Shown here: positions 29,401 through 33,487 of the stretch, in pieces
Position numbering within the stretch: the stretch's first letter is position 1
Layout: every line of letters begins with the position of its first letter
Source: Fidelibacterota bacterium
Lineage (GTDB): Bacteria > Fidelibacterota > UBA2242
Assembly: GCA_049975265.1 (NCBI GenBank)
Contig: JBNGDF010000005.1
Coordinates: 129,640-163,126, forward strand
Direction: 5' to 3'
DNA: 33,487 bases
Notes under the pieces: generated by a model
Seen by the model: the letters and a program-made list of their open reading frames with translations, nothing else
Databases searched by the model: none
Told to the model about the DNA's origin: nothing
Position numbers and translations under genes: made by a program

Positions 29401-29811
29401 CTGGAAAAGGGGAGTTACTGGGCGTATACGAAAAAGCCGGGAGTTTATCAGATCCGTGTAAACAGCGCCAATCCGGCGGTGATTCTGCCGGAACAGTTCA
29501 GTGTCAGACAGAACTACCCCAATCCCTTTAATTCCCAGACGACGATCTGCTACACCATCGGCGCCGGTGGATTCGTGACCTTCGAAGAGGCATTTGAAGA
29601 GCTGGTGGCGTATGATGTTTCCATCAAAATTTACAACCTTCTGGGACAGGAGGTGGCTACCCTGCTGAACAAACCGCAGCTGCCGGGTCACTATTCCATA
29701 ACCTGGAACGGGCGTAACAATTACGGGAAGACCGTCGCCACCGGTTTTTACATTTATCAGGTAATCATCGGCAATAGGGTTTTCCACAAAAAGATGACCG
29801 TGTTGAAATAA
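17479..29811 (+). CDS. Giant (4110 aa) adhesin-like protein with about 39 tandem cadherin-like/He_PIG repeats and a T9SS CTD
   Basis: Signal peptide. By-eye count gives about 33 repeats with ED, DxD, P.W/GM.I...TG.I.(G/W)TP.N..VG and DGNGG motifs, then 6 VNDAP/tandem-95-type repeats, an Ig/ZU5-like region, and CTD QNYPNPFN...IYNLLGQEV...WNGRN...KKMTVLK. Confidence 0.92.
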   Translation: MRRPAFIVIFLSLLGGYSNALANTAPYFTGEVADTNLTEDVYWSTWLMAADDDEDPLSYNFANDVPAGMTINTTSGRITWTPDNDAVGTHRILASVSDGSLTAYLEFFLHVQNVNDPPFWVNTTDDTVTVAEDSELELTVTANDDDLPHGDHITYSIIRGDNVNINPVTGRISGSPDNSNVGFQTITVRARDDSTAAIEWSFVLEVLNTPVVFTNMPPIAINEDDPFGFDLNADDEGQGNTVYYFQSGFQPEWMGIDATTGYISGIPNNLHVGTETVKIVVDDDNGSTDTLSYELTVINRKPVITSPTLHYATEDVHFALDIHADDEGLGTTTYQFLDDLEPHPDWLSLRTNDGVISGTPNNTHVGTNSFYLEFHDGHDGKDTTQFVINVANVPVVIDSTNLIYAISEDQEYYYKFTSSDDGQGTVTYHGINLPDWLAINLYSGVLRGTPNNEDVGDYNLSIYVSDGTDSDTVDFTIHVENRLPQLESSPVASVEEDNPYTYDIDYDDEGEGAVYRWLIQPAWLSLNPSTGVISGTPDNSDVGEHVISVQVDDGNSGIVSHTFTVTVINRNPVFTPQADTTVTQYELLTIDLDTDDEGDPQVTYEILEAPEGAEISPNDGIFSWTPANAQVGTHAIRISGTDNHGGASTFDFSVTVLNSIPVISSSPPLTATEDANYYYDVQCNEEGDGDVSYSLTTAPDWLSIDADAGILQGVPGNPEVGAHLVTVRVNDGNGGFTTQSWTITVQNINPSIVTEVLDPATEDSAYSFQIDYIPANQGDHTFSIVGDKPGWLSINALNGRLSGTPTNSEVGSDSIMVKIADDYGGYDQKRLEIVVNNSLPLFTTTDDVTITEDEALSWDIDTNDEGDEGSGTSGYNLVEAPDWLSINATTGELTGTPVDDDVGAESLTIRYQDGNGGIVTLNLNLIVVNNPPTITSLSPTATAIEGVNYSFQFTSDDDNWNPTYTSAGELPANINLTTDGLLSGIPLNAVVGNHAINIIVTDNNGEQDNLGFTLSVANAAPTITGYTVSNPKSTVVDTVYITEDIAYTIDFSADDEADGAAALYTINHKPGWLTTTSTVNGTLAGTPDNRHVGLDYVDVTFNDGNGGSDNMRFYLRVQNVAPAFIDAPASLTATEDAEFYYDLNSSDEGQGTITYSITAGDLGWLTLDATSGEISGTPDNDDVADGTDVTFRVTDGNGGAATKTIVFIVGNTNDNPTWISAPVAGSTVTTAEDAGYSLDIDAGDVDVDDNLTYSLTTNPTGMTINSTTGVINWTPDNSQVGDHPVTVRVEDENSAAITRSWTVRVTNIVSPITHPATDDFTPSIAVTAVADTFYLIEDTTYTLDLSAPDEGVGAVSSYSFDEFPNPGWITLSNAVTGLVSLTPTNSAVGLDSFLVYFKDQPASRDTITIYLSVENIAPEILTEGPFSATEGIAFSRQLQSSDDGDGTLTWSFVSGKPGWLEIDANSGELSGTPQNADVISDASFIVQVNDGNGGVTQKSFDYSVENVNTPPSITVVPGGIITITEDVLYTTDVDASDADAGDVLSYSLNTAPTGMTINATTGVIQWTPTNAQVGTHTVTVKVTDSESEFASSSWQLQVQNMNDPPEWVSVPSGTIQTDEEALYSVTLQAEDIDSGDHLTYSLLANPDGMTIDANTGLIEWTPDNDDVGLHDISVRAVDDSAAAITAGWTLEVRNVNDTPVWTSVPTGTITSPEDALYTTDVDAIDADAGDVITYSLTQSPLGMTINATIGVISWTPDNSQVGNHSITIRATDLAGAFVSQTFTLQVTNVASPIAAPVAGDFTPSAAVTVAADTFFIKEDTVYTLNLTVPDEGVGTASSYSFDDFPNPDWVSLADAASGLVTLTPTNGSVGLDSFLVYFRDQPGSRDTLTVYLRVENVAPEILTEGPFTATEGVEFSQQLQSSDDGDGTLTWSFVSGKPGWLEIDANRGELSGTPENADVISDASFVIRVDDGNGGSAQKTFDYSVININNSPVWTAVPEGVVTVNEDNLYSVTIAADDSDLDHGDMISYSLVNPPAGMIINSASGVITWIPDNSHVGANSVTVKATDLESAVISANFTVNVFNSPPVIAAPGTGDFAPAGVVTATADTFFIWEDSSYTVDFTADDEGLGGATVYRISGLANPDWVSLTNATAGVAQLTPLNRDVGLDSIRIVFDDGYATDTAQVYIRIRNSAPEIITAGPFYATQDEPFEAELESTDADELCRYSFVGIYPDWMSINASSGLISGIPDNDAVGTFLFTVRIDDGNGGSADQSYTIHVANTNDPPAITSVPITTVIEDESYVYHLSAIDPDGDPLTYYLITKPAGMTIDAGSGMIRWIPDNNFSGLLIPVKAGVADTSGAAVEQSWNISVANAPPNFLTAFASFDAIEDSEFSFDLDVDDEGQGVTSYMVIHLPGWMTLLNSVTGLIGGTPDNSYVNSSDSVYVEFSDGNGGRDTLNLPVTVANVAPVFSAQPDTSVTEGSSVLINLDCDDEFAGGVSYTAPGGLPAWLSLNATSGVLSGSPGNAAIGAYNISIRATDASGGFTAISFQITVVNGPPEFTGVPLTAIEEDSLYEYTPDLVDPSGDNIFSLLTNPGWLTINGSTGMLSGTPLNQHVGDNTVSMKVDDGLSASDTLDFVITVVNTAPVITTVPPTAGTEDLLYSVNINCSDEGQGTMIYTALQKPGWLSLNPNTGLLRGTPMNQHVSSGDSIEIMVNDGNGGFDTLRYSLAIANRGPSFTQIFSDTTITEDDMFSFDIDSDDEGQGATSYSFINEVPDWINLDTETGLLSGTPLNQHVASSVGMNVKVDDGNGGSRSQIFTITVLNNPVRFISAITDSIATQGELFSYDADTDDEAQGNGVYTFVGLPAWLNGDDTTGVLGGTPGNDDVDTSAITIRFNDGNGSIVEQMIHVIVENANDAPWLTATATQDTIYEDSLWTFRFFAQDIDSVYGDMLSFELQAFPSAMEIDSASGIVSWTPQNDAVGDVSFEIWVFDKARASDSLTFRLHILNTNDPPQIIAQADTIAREDELFSYTIRYVDMDAGDSLRFELHSSPLLMEIDSINGRITWTPDNNDREQSFEIIYSVTDSSGETDLDTFNVFVENVNDAPVLAVLDEYTFSEDSSLIIQISDWFDRVTDIDDPDSALSWQVTSFNTVVAVVRDDSLLLTAPQDWFGLDTGEVVVSDGELSDTTQLIVFVLPVNDPPVIAAEFPALITFDEDDSTILNLNDYVSDVDNSDLELNWSVEMVEAEKSTGNEALSKSESAKKIPPIKSYSVSARRSLLVNSNGDSISIDIDPETNLAKFYAQPNFFIDGFGFRFIVNDSTDGADFGCDSVITTIRVEAVNDAPVLATLPELNAVEDSTITVVLSDWFEFVSDVDNPDTTLIWTIIDGNYVSGVIVDSILSIIPLENWFGKDTLQIIASDDELLSDTADVIVHYQPVNDAPVFSPIPAISFPEDDTFYVHLNDYAADVETPDDDLVFGFFRVENTGSASTSLKYRRAKPAVEFTGIKSQTTRAVFYDTFSSSDSIIIEIHPATHIATISGAPNYYTPTRPFGFTVSDGEAADTVTVMIAIQPVNDKPVLDSLPPIVFVEDNVFRLSLSEWDSLIYDVEDPNDSLRWVFSTQGPVTVQYDSLLRQITLSAPENFYGSDVLTAVVSDRGGLSDTMTIAMTVLPFNDPPQIDSSLFAITFDQKDTVEYQLDIFVSDRDHDVRSMQWRFHAGEFVCFDYTDTSRWVRFWTDPDRFGIDSLLAIVTDPLGGADSQYLKITVTDTTEPTFELAIFQNQLASRFVEIDVFPSELLADRVLIITDGDTLPVLQDLDADSVMYYNATYQIEKTGIVQIRVEGIDRAGNPGDYAYQIGVSRISRETGGSLTGPDSIMSFLFAAEAVPMDLCALFIPYKAAIRPDTALAKGMFGDADFPVSDEFDFRIPVASLADNARIMFNLENMQFLQQYAAYLGVYRLENGEWRYLKTYTSLEKGSYWAYTKKPGVYQIRVNSANPAVILPEQFSVRQNYPNPFNSQTTICYTIGAGGFVTFEEAFEELVAYDVSIKIYNLLGQEVATLLNKPQLPGHYSITWNGRNNYGKTVATGFYIYQVIIGNRVFHKKMTVLK
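21391..23433 (+). repeat. Intragenic direct repeat of about 600 bp (21391-21990 and 22834-23433; offset 1443 bp)
   Basis: Both copies encode near-identical two-domain blocks, including a 50-nt identical run (21820-21869 = 23263-23312). Confidence 0.9.
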
Positions 29812-29857
29812 GTGCAGGGTTTGTTTTTCCCGGAGAGAATTCTAATTTTACTATGTC

Positions 29858-30751
29858 ATGATGATACAGACACAATTTCAGGGCAATCCGTCACCGCACA
29901 AGCAGGTTATCCGGCTGTTTTTCAAAGGATTTACCAAAGGTTCACTGGTTACCCGGGCTTCGGCGGTGGCGTACAATCTGTTTCTCGCTCTGATTCCCAG
30001 CACGATTTTGCTGTTTACGCTGATTCCCTTTGTGCCGATTGAGAATTTTCAATCGGAATTGCTCTCCATGATCGCCGATTTCATTCCTGAAAATGTCTAC
30101 CAGGTCTTCGAAAATACCCTTGTGGAGGTCGTCACCCAGAGAAGCAGTGTGCTGTTGTTCATTATGTTTATCGTGACGATTGTTTTTTCCAGCAACGGGA
30201 TTCATGCCCTGATTTCGGTCTTTAACACCAGTCAGCACAGTTTTGAAACGCGCACATGGTTTACGCAGCGGATGGTGTCGGTGGTACTGGTGGCGCTGAT
30301 TTTCAGCATGCTGCTGCTGTCGGTGGGTTTGATCATTTTCAGCAAAATAGGAATCAACCGGCTGGTGGAATTGCAGATCATTCAGGTAGCTCTCATGTAC
30401 TATCTGTTGTTGATCGGGCGCTGGCTGATTCTGATCATGCTGCTCTTTTTCATTGTCTCCTTTTTATACTATCTAGCGCCGGCGAAAAAGACCGGCTGGC
30501 GTTTCTTTTCCTGGGGTTCGGCGGTAGCCACCCTTATGATCATCATCTCATCGCTGGTTTTCAGCTTTTACGTCAATAATTTCGCCCAGTACAATAAGCT
30601 CTACGGCTCGCTGGGAACCCTGATGGTGCTGCTACTCTGGCTCTATCTGATCGCCCTTTCTCTGATTGTCGGCTTTGAGATCAATGTGAGCGTTAATATG
30701 ATTCGCAACGGGCGAACCAATACACCGAATGGGGATTCCGTGTATGAATAA
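29858..30751 (+). CDS. YihY/virulence factor BrkB family inner-membrane protein
   Basis: RASAVAYNLFLALIP, LYYLAP, F..YNKLYGSLG...LLLWLY...G.EIN motifs; several TM helices. Confidence 0.92.
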   Translation: MMIQTQFQGNPSPHKQVIRLFFKGFTKGSLVTRASAVAYNLFLALIPSTILLFTLIPFVPIENFQSELLSMIADFIPENVYQVFENTLVEVVTQRSSVLLFIMFIVTIVFSSNGIHALISVFNTSQHSFETRTWFTQRMVSVVLVALIFSMLLLSVGLIIFSKIGINRLVELQIIQVALMYYLLLIGRWLILIMLLFFIVSFLYYLAPAKKTGWRFFSWGSAVATLMIIISSLVFSFYVNNFAQYNKLYGSLGTLMVLLLWLYLIALSLIVGFEINVSVNMIRNGRTNTPNGDSVYE

Positions 30752-32051
30752 TATTAAACCTTTGCTGGTATACAGCGATGGCAATGGACAGGTATATAAT
30801 CATGAATATTTGCGGGCACTCGGCAGCAGCGGGGAACGGATTGACGAGATTCCGCCGCAAGCCTGGATACCGCTGCCCTATGGCAGCCAACTGCTGGAGC
30901 TGCCCGGTCGACTGCCGGTGGGAATACATCCCGACACCGGCGAGATTGAAATTCTGGAGGGCGACGGCAAAGAGCCGGTTGTCGCCGTGGCTGCATTTGT
31001 GGCGCCGGCGTACACGATTTGCTATCACGCCGCTTACGAACGCCTGCCGGGCACGCCGCTTTTGCCACTCTATGCCTATTCCGCCGTCGGGTGGTATGCC
31101 GAAGATATCCATGATGCGGGACGCTTTTATGTGCCGGCGATTCGCATTGACGAGAGCATCCGTCAGGACCCGTCGCAGTTCAGTGAGGAGCGGATTCAAA
31201 AAGCGGCTCAACAAGTACTGAAGCGGTTTTCAAATAACCGGCTCGCACACCACCTGGTACAAAATTGTGCCCTGGAATATGGCTGTCCGGCGGCGCTGAA
31301 TTTTTTATTGAATCGCTGGGAGCTGCCGCTGCCAACATCACAAAGCTGCAATGCCGATTGTCTGGGCTGTATCTCCCTCCAGAAGGATAGCGGCGTCTGC
31401 AGTGCCCAGTTTCGGATTGCCTTTACTCCGACGGTGAGGGAGGTTGTAGAGATTGCCGTGGAGCATCTGGAAACAGCGCCGCAACCGGTAGCCAGCTTCG
31501 GGCAGGGCTGCGAAGGGGAACCGCTGATGAATCCCCGGTTGCTGATTGGCGCCGTCAAAGGTATCCGGCAAAAAACAGCCATAGGGACATTGAACCTGAA
31601 TACCAACGCCAGCCGTCCGGATGTAGTGGCAGCGCTGCGGGAAGCCGGTCTGGACAGTCTGCGGGTCTCGCTGAATTCGGCAAGAGAATTGTACTACAAT
31701 CGCTATTTCCGATCGAAGGGATACCGGTTTGCCGACGTGCTGGCATCCATTGAAGCGATGAAATCCCGGGGCGGGTTTGTGTCGCTCAACCTCTTTGTTT
31801 TTCCCGGATTCACCGATCAGCCGGCAGAAATTGAGGCACTGGAAGGATTGATTAAACATTATAAAATTGATATGATCCAGTGGCGCAATCTGAATATCGA
31901 TCCGGAATGGTACTGGGAGACGCTGCAGCCCGGCGGTCAGACGGGTATCGGCATCCGTGCCGCCATTGACAGGGTGCGGGCTGAATTTCCGACGCTGCGG
32001 CACGGCTATTTCAATCCCTGTCTGGCGGATCAAAAAAAATCTGGCATTTAA
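30744..32051 (+). CDS. Radical SAM protein of unknown function
   Basis: CxxxCxxC (CNADCLGC), SFGQGCEGEP, NLNTNAS, LDSLRVSLNS. The start at ATG 30744 is preferred (GGGGA upstream, overlaps the yihY stop); the ORF track start is 30729. Confidence 0.9.
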   Translation: MNNIKPLLVYSDGNGQVYNHEYLRALGSSGERIDEIPPQAWIPLPYGSQLLELPGRLPVGIHPDTGEIEILEGDGKEPVVAVAAFVAPAYTICYHAAYERLPGTPLLPLYAYSAVGWYAEDIHDAGRFYVPAIRIDESIRQDPSQFSEERIQKAAQQVLKRFSNNRLAHHLVQNCALEYGCPAALNFLLNRWELPLPTSQSCNADCLGCISLQKDSGVCSAQFRIAFTPTVREVVEIAVEHLETAPQPVASFGQGCEGEPLMNPRLLIGAVKGIRQKTAIGTLNLNTNASRPDVVAALREAGLDSLRVSLNSARELYYNRYFRSKGYRFADVLASIEAMKSRGGFVSLNLFVFPGFTDQPAEIEALEGLIKHYKIDMIQWRNLNIDPEWYWETLQPGGQTGIGIRAAIDRVRAEFPTLRHGYFNPCLADQKKSGI

Positions 32052-32082
32052 TAAAATATTTTCTTAAATACCATTTGATGGA

Positions 32083-32164
32083 TAGCATGACATCGCTTAC
32101 ACTTTTTATAGCACCACATCGTTTACACTTTAATACTCAAAAAATAGCAGCACATCGTTTACAG
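32083..32164 (+). repeat. Three 20-bp direct repeats at the IS left end (putative transposase-binding sites)
   Basis: TAGCATGACATCGCTTACAC (32083-32102), TAGCACCACATCGTTTACAC (32109-32128), TAGCAGCACATCGTTTACAG (32145-32164). Confidence 0.9.
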
Positions 32165-32211
32165 AGTCCTCAAAAATGTCCATTTTTCAGTCAAAAACCG
32201 GGGGCTGTTGA

Positions 32212-33369
32212 ATGGATGCAATCAAATTTAGGAGACAAGCTGTATTAATGCATTTAAAGGATGTAAGTGTAACCGATATCTGTAAGTCGCTCAATTGTAG
32301 TCGACCCTGGGTATATAAGTGGATAAAGCGTTATCAAAGCAACCCCAATGGAGAATGGTATAAAGAATATTCCCGCCGTCCACATACTATTCATGCCGGA
32401 ATAGATCGTGATTTGGAAAATTTGATTGTCAAAATTCGTCGTAGTCTTGAAAAGACACCCTATGCTCAAATTGGAGCGATAAGTATTCAGTGGGAGCTGC
32501 AGAAGTTACGTATTGAGGTGCCACCAATCTGGACGATTGATAGAATTATTAAGAAACATGGATTGTCTCTCAAGGCTAAGAAACTTGGTAAAAGAGTCAA
32601 CGAGTATCCAGGTTACGGCGTTGACGCTCTTCATCAGATGGATTTAGTGGGGCCTCGTTACATTAATAAACAGCGCCTATATTTCTGTAACATTATTGCC
32701 GCTGATTCGCACTGTATCCATCTCGATCCGATCCCGAGTAAAGCGTGTCAAAACATCTTGCCGGCTGTCATCCGTTTTTGGCAACAGTTCGGAATCCCGG
32801 ATTATTTTCAGATGGATAATGAATTATCCTTTCGGGGAAGCAATCGCTATCCTCATAGCTTCGGTAAATTAATTCGTTTTTTACTCTCACAAGAAGTAAC
32901 TCCCATATTTATCCCCCAAAGTGAACCGTGGAGGAATGGAATTATCGAAAAATTCAATGACACCTTTGATAAGAAATTCTATCGAACACAGAAATTCGCA
33001 GACTTTGATTTTCTCGTTAAACAAAGCACCGTATTTGAGCAATTTCATAACAGTAATTATCGCTATAGTATCAACAAGAATCAGACACCAATAATTGTTC
33101 ACAAAATGAATCCCCCCGACAGGTACCTGGATAAAGATTATCAAATTCCAGATTATATTCCACTCGAATCCGGGGAAATTGTCCTAATCCGGTTCATTCG
33201 TAGTGATCGCCGCTTGAATATCTTTGGTGAAATATTTCAGGTTAAGCCTGAACTTGTTTATCATTATGTTGAAGCAATCATATCAGTCGAAGGTCAATCA
33301 CTTAGTATATATTCAGATAAGCACTTGGTCCAACAATTTCCTTATTATGTTCTTGTAGATTGGGTGTAA
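32212..33369 (+). CDS. DDE transposase (HTH + integrase core), IS481-like
   Basis: N-terminal HTH (ICKSLNCSRPWVYKWIKRY), SRRPH, DDE triad HQMD / QMDNE / NGIIEKFN, and a C-terminal beta-rich domain. Confidence 0.92.
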   Translation: MDAIKFRRQAVLMHLKDVSVTDICKSLNCSRPWVYKWIKRYQSNPNGEWYKEYSRRPHTIHAGIDRDLENLIVKIRRSLEKTPYAQIGAISIQWELQKLRIEVPPIWTIDRIIKKHGLSLKAKKLGKRVNEYPGYGVDALHQMDLVGPRYINKQRLYFCNIIAADSHCIHLDPIPSKACQNILPAVIRFWQQFGIPDYFQMDNELSFRGSNRYPHSFGKLIRFLLSQEVTPIFIPQSEPWRNGIIEKFNDTFDKKFYRTQKFADFDFLVKQSTVFEQFHNSNYRYSINKNQTPIIVHKMNPPDRYLDKDYQIPDYIPLESGEIVLIRFIRSDRRLNIFGEIFQVKPELVYHYVEAIISVEGQSLSIYSDKHLVQQFPYYVLVDWV

Positions 33370-33480
33370 ACGATGTGGTGCTATTTACCAGGCATTAAAA
33401 AACCGACTCACCCATGGGTGAGTGTAAATGATGTCATGCTATTAAAATGAAGATTAAGATCTGTAAACGATGTTATGCTA
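33364..33480 (-). repeat. Three 20-bp repeats at the IS right end, inverted relative to the left-end set
   Basis: Repeats at 33364-33383 (exact reverse complement of left repeat 2; overlaps the transposase stop), 33422-33441 and 33461-33480, followed by terminal TGTAACA. Confidence 0.9.
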
Positions 33481-33487
33481 TGTAACA

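Larger units (their letters stand above)
32076..33487 (+). mobile_element. Insertion sequence, IS481/IS1202-like (about 1412 bp)
   Basis: Single DDE transposase flanked by inverted ends: left TGATGGA+TAGCATGACATCGCTTACAC, right (reverse complement) TGTTACA+TAGCATAACATCGTTTACAG. Visibly more AT-rich than the flanking genes. Confidence 0.88.

Noticed and set aside
29060..29460. Autoproteolytic ZU5/GPS-type site before the CTD
   Set aside because: The position where an HFS motif would be expected reads KPG in the giant protein and RLG in the 562-aa paralog, so there is no nucleophile motif.
17909..30042. Numerous antisense and alternate-frame ORFs within and just after the giant gene (e.g. 28873-29787, 21592-22389, 29812-30042)
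   Set aside because: They overlap well-supported genes and have no recognisable motifs; the repeated antisense ORFs simply mirror the intragenic duplication.
32042..32069. Chromosomal dif site
   Set aside because: No XerC arm ending ATAA at a 6-bp spacing from the XerD-like arm, so the geometry does not fit the 28-bp dif.
32083..33480. 20-bp repeats as a CRISPR array
   Set aside because: Spacers are 6-38 nt and irregular, the two sets are inverted around a transposase, and there are no cas genes. These are IS end repeats.

Overview
This window looks like chromosomal DNA from a diderm, non-Bacteroidota FCB-group bacterium (Marinimicrobia/KSB1/Calditrichota-like). That assignment is inferred from T9SS-type C-terminal sorting domains occurring together with canonical TTGACA promoters and Shine-Dalgarno sites. 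The left part (minus strand) holds housekeeping and regulatory genes: uppP, holA, an ECF sigma factor with its zinc anti-sigma, a TM-GAF-GAF-GGDEF diguanylate cyclase, a small Cys4 protein resembling bL38/DUF4295, and a truncated TPR lipoprotein. The centre (about 5.9-29.8 kb) is a divergently transcribed cell-surface locus. Leftward it encodes a short cadherin-like protein with a T9SS CTD, a TPR lipoprotein and an orphan MotB-like protein. Rightward it encodes two paralogous cohesin-dockerin-cohesin-CTD proteins, a cohesin-FN3-CTD protein, a PorV-like barrel fused to a NusG/Spt5-KOW-like domain, a TPR protein and a 4110-aa adhesin with about 39 cadherin-like repeats. No catalytic CAZyme domain is recognisable, so the best candidate for an undescribed system is a T9SS-exported, non-cellulolytic cohesin-dockerin surface scaffold. 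The right part holds YihY, an uncharacterised radical SAM protein, and an IS481/IS1202-like element with three 20-bp subterminal repeats at each end, whose right terminus coincides with the end of the window. All domain calls are by-eye motif recognition; no searches were run.
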